Positions 8,256-18,226 of a stretch of DNA of 64,000 nucleotides are shown here, one piece after another. Each line of letters starts with the position of its first letter. Position 1 is the first letter of the stretch. Source of the DNA: Campylobacterales bacterium (lineage in GTDB: Bacteria > Campylobacterota > Campylobacteria > Campylobacterales > Sulfurimonadaceae); assembly GCA_014859655.1 (NCBI GenBank), contig JACUTT010000002.1, forward strand, positions 17,046 to 81,045, given 5' to 3'. The notes below the pieces were generated by a model. It saw nothing but the letters and a program-made list of their open reading frames with translations, was not told where the DNA came from and ran no database searches. Position numbers and translations under genes: made by a program.

Positions 8256-10983
8256 CCGCTTCCTTTGCGTAAAACTTCAGTGAAAGCTCATTTCCTTTTA
8301 TCTGTGTTCGCGTTGCTTTTGGCTGCGAAGTGAGCTGGCACCCCTCTTTGAGGCGGTAGTTTAAAACGATGTTAACATGCCCGCTGAGCCTAAACTCTAT
8401 TTGCTCCGGCGACTCTTTTACCTGCAGCACCTCGGCATTGGTGTCGATGATGTAGTTTTCGTCTGCTTCGGCTTCTTCGTTTAGCACAAGGTCTATGGAA
8501 TCGACTGCCGTGTTGAGATGAATATAGCGCACCTCATCCTTCACTTTTTGCCCAAGGACGGCTTTTGAATCTTTAAAGCTCACTGCCGGCAGAGAACCAT
8601 CCAAACGCAGGGTCTTGAGCGCTTTCATCCCCTCGAAATGCCAGCTATTTTCGTCTTGCCGCATGGAAACATCATAAAACTCCATCACCTTGGGAATATA
8701 CTCCGAGGTAAATATCGGCATACTCTCTTGATCGAGCGCCCACTCGAAGACATCCTGCAGCGCCTTCAGCGAGGCTGTTTTTGAAGCACTGTAGAAGTGG
8801 TAATAAATATTTATCGGCTTGAGGCGGCGCGGCGATTCGGTCAGTTTAAAGGTCTGTATGACTTTTTTATACCCCCAGAAGGGGCCTGTGAAATTATTGG
8901 TATAGACGTTTTCATTTTGAGCACCCGTATAGATCTGATAATACTCGCCTCTTTTCAATCCATAGGGATGCACATAAAAGAGCCAGGGCTTGTCGTTCGT
9001 GATGGTTGTTTCCCCGCCGTTGATATTTAAAAGACCCTGTTTATAGGTATAGGCCAGGACCTCTTCTGTGGGCATGCAGTCGCCGGTCCAGTAGACGGTA
9101 TCCGCCTTTTTTTTGCCATCAGGCAGAAGCTGGCTGTTGATATACGCAAGCGAGCCTCGTATCTCCTTGTCGATGGAGAAATCATAGCCCGGTACTTTCA
9201 GCCTGTAAGCCTCGTCCAAATCATCGTCTTTGATCTCTTTCCAGAAAAAAGGGTGGCTGTAGGTGTGCGTTGCCGCCTCTACATGCTCCAAGGCATAGAT
9301 CTTTTTTGCGATGGCTTCCAGCGCGGCTGAATCTTTGGGATAGATCCCCTCCTCACTGGTCTCCGCCGCAACAATCGAGACCGACTGGGGGATGGTGTAT
9401 TTTTTCAAAATATTATCATATGTCACGCCGATGCTGTACTGGCGTGAGTCCCACTGTGCCCTGTTCATCGACGCATCCCCGTCAATGTGCGAGAAGAGAA
9501 GGCGGCGGCCATTTTGTGTCGTCGGATCGGGCACGGGCAGACTCTCTAAGTCCAGGCTCTCTTTGAAAAGTGCAAAAGGATTGATCAGCCAGAGGTAGTT
9601 TTCATTAAACTCATTGGTGACATAAGAGGAGAGGACATATCCGCCCCATTGTGTTATCGCTGCCGGGACCGATTCTTGAGCGCGGCTGTTGCGAAGCGTT
9701 AAAAGTGCTCTGGCATTTTGCGGCTGGTAGAGGGCCTCGCTGTACTCCGCAGAGACATCGCTTTCGAAACCGATCATGCTGTCCTGATAAGAGATGCTCT
9801 GTTTATCTCTCAAGGCTGCCTTGTTTGTGACTTTTGTGATGCCCAGGAAATCGCAGAGACTGTCATCATTATTCACGCCGAACCCGTCGAGAAAGAGTAC
9901 CTTTTGTTTGCTCTTCACCAGTTCCTTCACCCATTTTTCATAGCTAAGCGGATAGCTTGCCTCTGCTTCGAGCCAGACGATCACGCCCTTATACCGCGTA
10001 AGCTCCTCACGCTCAGGCAGCCCCTCGCGCATATCTTTTACGATGGGGACATACCCCAGATACTCTAGCGGCAAAGATGCAAGTTTATGGGCGTTTGAAA
10101 GCTCTTTTCCCTGGTCTGTGTTGTACAGTAAGAGCACCTCTCGCTTGGTCTGGCGTTTTGATGAGTTTCCATAGCGAGTGAGCTCTTTGTTCGATATGTA
10201 GGGGATGAGGCCCAGCTTTTCTATCTTTTTGAGCGTCTGTTCTATCTTTTGCGTCTGTTTGAGATCAATATAGTCAAGACAGATCACATCAAGACCATAA
10301 GACTTTACTTTTTTCAGCTGAGAGAGCAGCCACTCTCTGTCTTCCTCTTCAACCTCCCTGTAAACAAGCTCCTGTGTGGCAAGACCGTAAAAAAGCGACT
10401 CGAACAAGACGGCGTCCAAACTCGCGTGGATCTCGTCCATCACCTCAAAACCGCGGTTTACGATGAGTTTACTTTGAGGATATCGTGCTTTGAACTTTTT
10501 GATAAAACGGATCAGCCCCTGCTCATATTTATCGCGTTCGTCCTGCGTTTGCGCTAGGATCTGGTAGGAGTCAAGGGTGTCAAAAAAGAAGTTCTCATAC
10601 CCTTTGTCCACCATGGGCTGAATGACTTTGTCATAAACAAAAGTGTGGTACGCATCATCAGAGATATCCATCACTACGGAACCCCAGGCCCTGTTCTCGG
10701 CGATCTTCCACTGCGGCTTTATCTCCTTGAAGTAGCTTCGGTAGGGCTCGGCTTCGCCTATGCTGACGTAGGCGTAGATCTTTTTTGCGTAGGTCCTGAA
10801 GCCGTGAGTATAGCTAGAGACATTTTCAGGCTCGACAATGATATAGTCGTGGATACCGGCGTTGCTATAGGAGATATCTTTGCCGTAGTAGACAAGCGCG
10901 CTTTTTTTATCAGCCGAGGCGACAAGTGCTGCCGTGCACAAAAGCAGTGAAAAAAGTATCTTATTGAAGCATAAAGGTCTCAT
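8233..10983 (-). CDS. pelA: PelA-like bifunctional polysaccharide hydrolase (GH114-like) / CE4 deacetylase
   Basis: 916 aa, signal peptide. The N-terminus (VYYG...YVSIGE...FFDTLDSY) resembles a GH114 TIM barrel. The middle has a deacetylase-like FSHIDGDA...THTYSHPFFW. Size is close to P. aeruginosa PelA. Confidence 0.8.
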   Translation of the reverse strand: MRPLCFNKILFSLLLCTAALVASADKKSALVYYGKDISYSNAGIHDYIIVEPENVSSYTHGFRTYAKKIYAYVSIGEAEPYRSYFKEIKPQWKIAENRAWGSVVMDISDDAYHTFVYDKVIQPMVDKGYENFFFDTLDSYQILAQTQDERDKYEQGLIRFIKKFKARYPQSKLIVNRGFEVMDEIHASLDAVLFESLFYGLATQELVYREVEEEDREWLLSQLKKVKSYGLDVICLDYIDLKQTQKIEQTLKKIEKLGLIPYISNKELTRYGNSSKRQTKREVLLLYNTDQGKELSNAHKLASLPLEYLGYVPIVKDMREGLPEREELTRYKGVIVWLEAEASYPLSYEKWVKELVKSKQKVLFLDGFGVNNDDSLCDFLGITKVTNKAALRDKQSISYQDSMIGFESDVSAEYSEALYQPQNARALLTLRNSRAQESVPAAITQWGGYVLSSYVTNEFNENYLWLINPFALFKESLDLESLPVPDPTTQNGRRLLFSHIDGDASMNRAQWDSRQYSIGVTYDNILKKYTIPQSVSIVAAETSEEGIYPKDSAALEAIAKKIYALEHVEAATHTYSHPFFWKEIKDDDLDEAYRLKVPGYDFSIDKEIRGSLAYINSQLLPDGKKKADTVYWTGDCMPTEEVLAYTYKQGLLNINGGETTITNDKPWLFYVHPYGLKRGEYYQIYTGAQNENVYTNNFTGPFWGYKKVIQTFKLTESPRRLKPINIYYHFYSASKTASLKALQDVFEWALDQESMPIFTSEYIPKVMEFYDVSMRQDENSWHFEGMKALKTLRLDGSLPAVSFKDSKAVLGQKVKDEVRYIHLNTAVDSIDLVLNEEAEADENYIIDTNAEVLQVKESPEQIEFRLSGHVNIVLNYRLKEGCQLTSQPKATRTQIKGNELSLKFYAKEADVIVTCN

Positions 10984-12334
10984 AAACCAATCCTTTCATT
11001 TCGCGTCGAATCACAAAAAGGCTGATGATAAACACAATCAAAAGAGAGACGGCATACCCGTAGCCAAACATCGTAGGCCCCATGGAGATCGAGACAATGG
11101 ACAACAATAGATTTAAAACAAAAAACGAAATACTCAGCCACATCGCCACCTTGCGCCGGTCAAGATAATACAAGATCGCCAGAACCGACATAAAACCCAG
11201 TTGCAGCTGGGCGCCGATCGTCAAAATGTAAAAGAGCCCGAGATAGAGTTGAGGAATGTTCAGCATCGCAAAGAGCGTCGGAGCGCTGAGGAAAAGGATA
11301 ATGTTGATAATCCCCTGCACCACCATGATCTCGCGGATGGAGTGGCGTATGATAGCCGTCATGCCGTTTTTATACCGTTCGATCAGCTCCAAAGGCGCAC
11401 CCTCTCTGACCGCATTGAAAAAAAGGTCATTCTGGTCTGCAAAATCAGACTCAAGGCGAAAAAAGAAGATCGCCATTCCGGGTATGATCGACAAGTAGGC
11501 GATAAATATCGGCATATCATAGACCGGTGAGGAGTTCAGCGCGCCGATGACAGCAGTGCCGGTCAGGGGGTGATACCAAAAGACGAACTTGTCCGCCCAT
11601 GCACCGAGGTTGTAGAAAAAACCGGCAAAGGCCAGCGACCAGTAGAAATTTTTATCGGAAAAGAAACCGAAGTTGAGCAGGGTTGAGGATCGGTAGCTTT
11701 TGGTGATCAGAAGCATCAAGATAATCAGCAGCAGTGAATTTCCCAAAAAGAAGATGGCGAGCAGATATTCCAGGCTGCTGCCCAGGTAATAAGAGCCTAT
11801 AACAATCAGTCCGTAAGAGAGGGCATAGGCCAGCAAAACGCCCCGATAGTATTTGAGGCTTACGGCGAGTATGTTGGATATCCATACCCCGCACAAAACC
11901 AGAAAGGTCGCCAGTGCACAGATGAGAAAGAAAAGACTCTGTTCTTGAAAGACAAAAAGCCCCAGAGGAAAGACCACAACAAAACCGACTGCCCAGGTCA
12001 CCAGCAAGGTGGCATAGTAGCTAGGCAGCACCTCATCCTCGCGCCCGGCAAAGATAAGGTCTGCCGTATAGCGCGTAAAGGGGAGTTGTATTAGACCGGT
12101 AATGACCAGACTCGAGGCCAGGGCGATCGCGTAGGTGATGACAATCTGAAAAGAGGAGCTTATGCTGCCTCCGTACTGGGCCGCAGCATTGACAAAACCG
12201 ACAAATAAGATAGCAATGATCGAGATCACCCAGGGACCCGCACTGAGCATGCCCGCATAGCCATAGACCTTGAAAAGTGAAAACAGTCTCTCCTCTTTGA
12301 GGAGCTTTTTTAGTTCAAACCCTATCCCGGCCAT
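10961..12334 (-). CDS. pelG: PelG polysaccharide export inner-membrane protein
   Basis: 457 aa polytopic membrane protein starting MAGIGFELKKLLKEE...YGYAGMLSAGPWV, which closely matches the PelG N-terminus as I remember it. Confidence 0.85.
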   Translation of the reverse strand: MAGIGFELKKLLKEERLFSLFKVYGYAGMLSAGPWVISIIAILFVGFVNAAAQYGGSISSSFQIVITYAIALASSLVITGLIQLPFTRYTADLIFAGREDEVLPSYYATLLVTWAVGFVVVFPLGLFVFQEQSLFFLICALATFLVLCGVWISNILAVSLKYYRGVLLAYALSYGLIVIGSYYLGSSLEYLLAIFFLGNSLLLIILMLLITKSYRSSTLLNFGFFSDKNFYWSLAFAGFFYNLGAWADKFVFWYHPLTGTAVIGALNSSPVYDMPIFIAYLSIIPGMAIFFFRLESDFADQNDLFFNAVREGAPLELIERYKNGMTAIIRHSIREIMVVQGIINIILFLSAPTLFAMLNIPQLYLGLFYILTIGAQLQLGFMSVLAILYYLDRRKVAMWLSISFFVLNLLLSIVSISMGPTMFGYGYAVSLLIVFIISLFVIRREMKGLVYETFMLQ

Positions 12335-13847
12335 TTTCTATCGCCTTCATATATAAGTCTCTATAGGCATCCAAAAAAGTTTCCTGCCTGTAATATTTGT
12401 CTACCCTCGCCAGGGCACTTTTTTGAGCACTCTTCCACAAGGGCGCATCGCTGAGATAGCGCATATACTCCGCCGCAAGCGCCGAAGGGTTGGCAATGCC
12501 TGTCACCTCTCCCGCGCTGCCCAGAGCAATATCCTCCTCATCTATGCCGCCTTTTATCAGGTCATAGCAACTCCCCACATCCGTAGCAATGCAGGGTACG
12601 CCTGCGGCAAAGCCTTCCAAGATCACAAGCGGCATTCCCTCGCTGATGGAGGTCAAGGTCAGCAGGCCGGATTTGGGCAGGATCTCTTTGATGTTTTGAA
12701 AGCCCAAAAATTTAATGTTCTCTTTTATTCCCAAAGACTCTGCCATGTTTTCGCACTCCTGCGCATACACCTTGTCCTCGTTCATCGGACCCACTATCCA
12801 ACCCTGAGCCTGCGGTATTGCAGTGATCGTAATGCGCATGGCGCGGATAAAAGTTTTGATGTCTTTAATGGAGACGACCCGTCCTATCAGCGTGACGATT
12901 GGAGGTATTCCCTCTTCTCGCTTTTGTACAAGGGCACCTAGTCCCTCAACATCAACGGCATTGGGAATAACGCGTGTCTTTTCTATGGGCGCGCCAAACC
13001 TGACCTGGATGTCGCGCGCACCTGAGTAGAGGGAGAGAACGCTGTCCGCTCTGGCGTAAGCGAATTCGCCGATACGCTCAAAGAACTTCACCCACATCGC
13101 CTTGATATAGTTTGCCTCTTCGGGCTGTTTCAAAAGGGTCGGTTTTTTAAAATCAACCCAGTCTGCGGTCAGCATATCGATCTTGCGCTCACGGGTATAA
13201 ATCCCGTGTTCTGTCAGCAAAAAAGGAAGTTTTCTGTCATACGACGCCAAGGTGGCCAAAAATCCCGCGTAACCGGTCGAAGGGCTATGTAGAACCTTTG
13301 CCTTTGGCATTTTTGCAACGATATCGGCCAAGGTCCAGATGGGCTTATGCGTGTTTCTGAGCGTCCAGAAGTAGTCTATAAAAGAGATGTCCGGGCAATT
13401 CTCTTTGTACTTCTCTTCTATAAATTTCCAACTCTTGTGAGCGAACAAAAAGTCCTCATAGGGCATCTGTTTCGTGAAAAACTCGATATTTTGCATGGGC
13501 GCCGGAAAGACATTGTCTTTGCCTTTGAACTGTTGGTAAAGGTTCTGTATGATCGTCATCCCTTCTGCGGAGCCTTCGCGTTTACAAGGAAGAGGCTTTG
13601 TGTCGTCAAAAAGATAATGCTCTTCAAGATGCAGCAGGTTTGGTGGCAACGCATAACAGATCTCGCCGTAATCTTCTTTGCGAGAGCCTAAAAAGATGAT
13701 CCCGAAACTGATCTCAGGGAGTCCTAGCAGAAGCTGATGTATCCACGAAGAGACGCCCCCGCGGATATAAGGATAGGTCCCCTCGCCAATGATCATCACA
13801 TCAATACTCTCGCTTTTGCGCATAAGGCTCTCCATCAGTCCCTCCAC
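12315..13847 (-). CDS. pelF: PelF glycosyltransferase (GT4 with DUF3492-type N-terminus)
   Basis: 510 aa. EGTYPYIRGGVSSW N-terminal motif and a GT4 C-terminal EGMPLVILEGFAAGVP motif. Confidence 0.85.
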   Translation of the reverse strand: MEGLMESLMRKSESIDVMIIGEGTYPYIRGGVSSWIHQLLLGLPEISFGIIFLGSRKEDYGEICYALPPNLLHLEEHYLFDDTKPLPCKREGSAEGMTIIQNLYQQFKGKDNVFPAPMQNIEFFTKQMPYEDFLFAHKSWKFIEEKYKENCPDISFIDYFWTLRNTHKPIWTLADIVAKMPKAKVLHSPSTGYAGFLATLASYDRKLPFLLTEHGIYTRERKIDMLTADWVDFKKPTLLKQPEEANYIKAMWVKFFERIGEFAYARADSVLSLYSGARDIQVRFGAPIEKTRVIPNAVDVEGLGALVQKREEGIPPIVTLIGRVVSIKDIKTFIRAMRITITAIPQAQGWIVGPMNEDKVYAQECENMAESLGIKENIKFLGFQNIKEILPKSGLLTLTSISEGMPLVILEGFAAGVPCIATDVGSCYDLIKGGIDEEDIALGSAGEVTGIANPSALAAEYMRYLSDAPLWKSAQKSALARVDKYYRQETFLDAYRDLYMKAIENGRDRV

Positions 13848-14770
13848 TGCGCGACAACGGGATACATCGTCACACTCATCTTCAAGCTTTCTACCAGAGA
13901 CAACATGGAACGGGTAGAGGTATAATTTCCGCGTTGAAAATAGAGTTCTGCCAGATAGGGCACGATATATTCGGACTCTACACCGCTCTCAATGGCGATC
14001 ACAAATTCAGTCGTCGCATTGTCAAACTCCTCTTTGGCCAGATAGATCTTCCCCAAAAGCACATTGATACTTTTGTCGTGTGCGTGCGCTGCTGCGGCTA
14101 TTTTTGCATATTTTAAGGCTTCGTTCATCAGATAGGTCTTTAAAACCTCGTCCGAAAGATCAAAATAGACCATCTCCCAGTACAATAGGGCCAGCTCTTT
14201 TGCCGCGTCAGCTCTGCTCTGCTCATCTTCCGCACTCTTGAAGCGCAAGGAAGCCTCATGTATATTGTTGTTCAGCCCATGCTCCATAGAACAGATGAGC
14301 GAAAAACTGTAAAGACGAAGCTCATCGTCTCTGTCTGAGAGGGAGTGTTTGATCAGGCCGATATTTTTCTGGGTCATATTTTCTGCCATAGCAGAGAGGG
14401 CTTTCATACGCAAAGTTTGTGAGGCAAATTCATTTGACATCAGCTCAATCATAGAGCCTTCGCCGAATGAGCGTTTGACCTGAGGAAAATCCTGGTCAAG
14501 TTCTTCCATATTGAGCATCTTTGTGTTTATCAGCGTAGGCGCATGCTTCACATACAGAAGATAGTAGCCTAAGAGAAGCGTAAAGAGATAGCCTATTACC
14601 GGCAAGGCAATATTGAAAAATAGAAAAAACAGGAACAAAATGCCTTGTGCATCCTCATAGCGCCGGCGTAAAAGATGCGCCACCGCCCAGGAAAACAGCG
14701 AAGAAAGGAAAAGATGAAGGGCGTAAAACTGAAATAGCGTCTGTCCTGTGGCTGTCTCAAACATTGTCAT
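13835..14770 (-). CDS. pelE: PelE-like inner-membrane TPR protein
   Basis: 311 aa with two N-terminal TM helices then a TPR-like helical region. Position between pelD and pelF matches the canonical order. Confidence 0.6.
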   Translation of the reverse strand: MTMFETATGQTLFQFYALHLFLSSLFSWAVAHLLRRRYEDAQGILFLFFLFFNIALPVIGYLFTLLLGYYLLYVKHAPTLINTKMLNMEELDQDFPQVKRSFGEGSMIELMSNEFASQTLRMKALSAMAENMTQKNIGLIKHSLSDRDDELRLYSFSLICSMEHGLNNNIHEASLRFKSAEDEQSRADAAKELALLYWEMVYFDLSDEVLKTYLMNEALKYAKIAAAAHAHDKSINVLLGKIYLAKEEFDNATTEFVIAIESGVESEYIVPYLAELYFQRGNYTSTRSMLSLVESLKMSVTMYPVVAQWRD

Positions 14771-16007
14771 GCTCTATGCCTGCATACTCTTTTACAATCT
14801 CTAGCTGGGAAATGTCAAAAAACGTGTACTCGATCTTATCATCATCCAGCTCCAGCTTCAAACGTAAAAACAAGCGATCTAAAAAGCCCTGCGCGGACGC
14901 CCGATCTGCAAAAGGAAAAAGTATGGCCAACACCTCATATCCGTCTGAAGCATGCGCGCTCACCATGTCTAACGAACGCAGGTTTTCTTGCGTCTTTTCA
15001 AGCAGCATATGTGCGAACAGACGGTCTTTCGTCTTAAGAACCAAGAGTTCCGAATTGACATCATACTTAGTGTAGATCTTGTTCAAACGCATCAATTCAA
15101 AATAGAACTCATCATTGACAAGCCTGTTTTTCTGCCCCGTTTGTCCGATAACATCCCATTTGTCAAGCTCTTCCAAAAAATAGCTGGCAAGAATCGAGAT
15201 CGAGATCAGCACGTCCTTGTTAAAAGAGAGAAAAGGCATCTTTTCGATCAGCAAAAGACCCTTTACCTCGTCCTGTGACACAGCCGGGATCGCCGCTAAA
15301 TAGCGGCTGTTGTTTTTAACCTCTTTGGAACTGACGTAGATGGGTCTTTTTTTAAGCAGCGCCATCTCGAGCATGGGATCAGAGATACTGATCTCATCAA
15401 GACGCTCTTGGTCATAGACTGAGTACAGTCTCTCTTTGTCAACCGCATAGAACTCCGCCTTACTCACACTGAAAGATTTTTGCAAAATCAGCAAAAAGTC
15501 TTTGAAATAATCTTTTTTGTCAACATAGGCTTCTTTGATGAGCCGTATGCTGTTGCGCAGACTCATAGGCTTGAAGACATAGTTCTTTTCAAGTTGGTCA
15601 TGAGAGATCTTCAGCATATAAAAGGCGTTTGAAAGTTCATCAAGCTTTGTTGTGATATAACTGTTTTTCGTCTTGTTTTGAATAATCTTTCGGTTCCAGT
15701 AATAGTGAAACTCTCCAAAAACCAAAACAAAGACCACTTCATTCAAAAAGACTTCCGCCGGAAAAACCGGATAAAAAAACTTCATCACGCCAGCAAGACA
15801 AAACAGAGCAAACAGTCCGTTGCTTATCCCGTGAAAAAGGGTAATAATAGCCATCACAAAAGTGATGTAGGTAAGGCCGTAATGGGTCAGTGCGGGATCA
15901 TGAGGATCGACAAGATAGCCCAGGGTAAAAAATCCGGCCAGTAAAGCCCCTGTTTCCGCATAAGAGTAGTAAGAGATTTTAAGGCGCAATCTATGCGTAA
16001 GCAGCAT
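14757..16007 (-). CDS. pelD: PelD-like c-di-GMP receptor (TM + GAF-like + degenerate GGDEF)
   Basis: 416 aa with N-terminal TM helices. The C-terminal region reads LRSLDMVSAHASDGYEVLAILFP, that is RxxD followed 5 residues later by a degenerate GGDEF position. Confidence 0.7.
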   Translation of the reverse strand: MLLTHRLRLKISYYSYAETGALLAGFFTLGYLVDPHDPALTHYGLTYITFVMAIITLFHGISNGLFALFCLAGVMKFFYPVFPAEVFLNEVVFVLVFGEFHYYWNRKIIQNKTKNSYITTKLDELSNAFYMLKISHDQLEKNYVFKPMSLRNSIRLIKEAYVDKKDYFKDFLLILQKSFSVSKAEFYAVDKERLYSVYDQERLDEISISDPMLEMALLKKRPIYVSSKEVKNNSRYLAAIPAVSQDEVKGLLLIEKMPFLSFNKDVLISISILASYFLEELDKWDVIGQTGQKNRLVNDEFYFELMRLNKIYTKYDVNSELLVLKTKDRLFAHMLLEKTQENLRSLDMVSAHASDGYEVLAILFPFADRASAQGFLDRLFLRLKLELDDDKIEYTFFDISQLEIVKEYAGIEHDNV

Positions 16008-16017
16008 TGGAATCTAT

Positions 16018-16512
16018 TTACCTGGCTTCAAACATGGATTCTATCATCGACTGGGCTGTCGTGCCGATAGAGGCATTTCCCCAGTCGTTGCTTGATGCGG
16101 TTGTACTCCAGACTACTTTTTGCGAATCGACATGGATGATCTTGCACTGAAGACTCACCGCAGGCTCGCCGTCGATGCCCGTTTTATAGCGCCATTCGCT
16201 CACTCCGCCGTTGAGGATGTAGTCTGAACCATTCTCCCGCGCTATTTGAAGCTGCTGCTCAAGAGACATAATATTCTTATCGATCCCGTTTAGCACCCTG
16301 TAATGGCGAGAGAGCAAGGCCCCCTGAATAAGGTTTGAAGCGCGCATACCCGCTTGAGGGGTGTCTGTGTAGTTATCCAAAGCAAAGACCGTAATGGTTT
16401 TTATCTGATTGTTGTCAGGCAAAGCTGTGGCCCTTGAAAGCTCAAGTGTAGAGCAGCCGCCAAGAAGAAGAACTATCACTAAAGCAAAAAGCGTTTTCAT
16501 CATCAACCCCAT
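16018..16512 (-). CDS. pelC: PelC-like outer-membrane lipoprotein
   Basis: 164 aa with lipobox LLLGGC. Size and first position next to pelD fit PelC. The true start may be 16503 or 16500. Confidence 0.7.
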   Translation of the reverse strand: MGLMMKTLFALVIVLLLGGCSTLELSRATALPDNNQIKTITVFALDNYTDTPQAGMRASNLIQGALLSRHYRVLNGIDKNIMSLEQQLQIARENGSDYILNGGVSEWRYKTGIDGEPAVSLQCKIIHVDSQKVVWSTTASSNDWGNASIGTTAQSMIESMFEAR

Positions 16513-16633
16513 TTATTTAAAGTAACAGCGATATGATACAGTGCTAACATTAAAAAATAATAAAGCACAATTGTCTATCTTCTAGCGTATTCCCTTTGGA
16601 GGTGCCCTTTATTCTACAAGGGTTAGGGGCGCG

Positions 16634-17245
16634 CTATTCGATAAGCGAAGAGATCTTCTCGAAGATGTCCAGGATTTCTGATTTTTTCTCAAAATAGCTG
16701 TTTTTGTTCGCGATGAGATAGGTCGAAGAACTCATGATCGTTTCGACGACCTCAAGACCGTTCTGCTCCATCGTCGATCCTGTTTCGACAATATCGACGA
16801 TCATATCCGCCAGGCCCACAAGCGGGGCTAGTTCGATAGAGCCGTAAAGCTTGATGATGTCCGCTGCCACCGCGCGCTCTGCAAAATAGCGCTTGGTGAT
16901 ATTGATCATCTTTGTCGCGACCTTCAGTTCGGGCTTGCTCAGGTCGAGTTTTTCGCCCTTTCGCATCCCTATAGCAACGCGGCAGACACCGCGTTTAAGA
17001 TCAAGAAGGCGGATGACATCCAACCCCTCCTCTTCTAGCGTGTCCAGTCCGACGACGCCGATGTCGGCCGCCTGATGGAAGACATAGGTCGCAACGTCCT
17101 GGTTTCGCACCAGCAAAAACTTGAAGTTGGGCGTCTGCAGGATCAGCTTTCTGTCGTCAAACTTAAACTCTTCTCCAAAAATAGAGGTAAAAATCTCCAA
17201 GGTCTCTTCGGCAATTCTGCCTTTTGGCAGGGCAACGGTAAGCAT
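16634..17245 (-). CDS. hisG: ATP phosphoribosyltransferase, short form
   Basis: 203 aa, MLTVALPKGRIAEETL..., a typical HisG(S). Its start overlaps the coaX stop (TAATG). Confidence 0.9.
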   Translation of the reverse strand: MLTVALPKGRIAEETLEIFTSIFGEEFKFDDRKLILQTPNFKFLLVRNQDVATYVFHQAADIGVVGLDTLEEEGLDVIRLLDLKRGVCRVAIGMRKGEKLDLSKPELKVATKMINITKRYFAERAVAADIIKLYGSIELAPLVGLADMIVDIVETGSTMEQNGLEVVETIMSSSTYLIANKNSYFEKKSEILDIFEKISSLIE

Positions 17246-17922
17246 TATGCTATTCCTTCTATGATTTTTTTTATTCCCTTGAAGACCAGCTCATGATCGA
17301 TGAGGGCATGCGGCACAAAGGGGTGCAATTTTTCAGCGTCTCCTCCGGTAATGATAACAGAAGAGTCTTGCGAAAGCTCGCGAATGCTGCAGACCAAAGG
17401 AGCAAGGGCTCCATAGCTCAAAGCATCACGCGTATTTTTCGGTATTATAGCCAAATCTATGTCAAAATTAAAAGAAACGCCCAAGCGGGGCGAAATCGAT
17501 TTGTAGCATTTTTCCAGCGCCGCAAAACCGGGGTAGATATACCCTCCCCTGTGGTGAGCCTGTTCCATCCTGTCCACGGTTATAGCCGATCCTGCGTCGA
17601 TGATCAGCGCATTTTCTGCCGCCATGCAGCAGGCGATGCGGTCGATTCCCATACTCTCGTAAAAGGCCGAAAAATCGACACACTCGCGCAGGTTTATCCA
17701 GTTCTCCTCATGCTCCAGCCGTTTCTCCCAGTAGTGGTTAACTGAGATAAAGTAGACCGTTTCGCTGATGCTCGAGATGTCGAAGGCGTCGGCTTTGTGT
17801 TTGTAGCTTCCCCTACCCTCCTCGAAAAAAAAGAAGTGGGTGTTGCCGATATCACATAGTATCAATGATCTTCCATTTTGCCTTAATGAAGGCCGCTCTT
17901 GCCTTGGAACAGATCGGCGCAT
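17245..17922 (-). CDS. coaX: Type III pantothenate kinase
   Basis: LILCDIGNTH motif, DAGSAITVD and a GGDA C-terminal motif. The real start is probably the TTG near 17857 rather than the track ATG at 17922, which overlaps the upstream gene. Confidence 0.85.
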   Translation of the reverse strand: MRRSVPRQERPSLRQNGRSLILCDIGNTHFFFFEEGRGSYKHKADAFDISSISETVYFISVNHYWEKRLEHEENWINLRECVDFSAFYESMGIDRIACCMAAENALIIDAGSAITVDRMEQAHHRGGYIYPGFAALEKCYKSISPRLGVSFNFDIDLAIIPKNTRDALSYGALAPLVCSIRELSQDSSVIITGGDAEKLHPFVPHALIDHELVFKGIKKIIEGIA

Positions 17923-18226
17923 CGAGCATCAGAACCTTGCCTCTGAACTGATGTTCCCGGTAGAGCGACATCTTGTGCACAATCTCTTCAAACAAAGCCA
18001 GGTCCTTCATCAACAGACGGCTCTTTTGCGAGACGACGATGATCGCGTTGTAGTAGCGCGTCAGGTCAAGCGCACAGTAGAGTCGTACGCGGTTGCGGAT
18101 CTTAAGCTCTTTAGGCTGGATCTCTTCGAGTTTTTTGTAAATTCGTCCATTATGACGAAGCGTATCGACTAGTATTTTCATTAGGAAAATTATAACTCTT
18201 TTTGCTTTAACTTTTGTGATTTTCAC
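17852..18226 (-). CDS. Hypothetical protein (basic, about 110-124 aa)
   Basis: ORF in operon context between the recombinase gene and coaX. GTG start at 18226 overlapping the upstream stop, or ATG at 18181. No family recognised. Confidence 0.5.
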   Translation of the reverse strand: MKITKVKAKRVIIFLMKILVDTLRHNGRIYKKLEEIQPKELKIRNRVRLYCALDLTRYYNAIIVVSQKSRLLMKDLALFEEIVHKMSLYREHQFRGKVLMLDAPICSKARAAFIKAKWKIIDTM

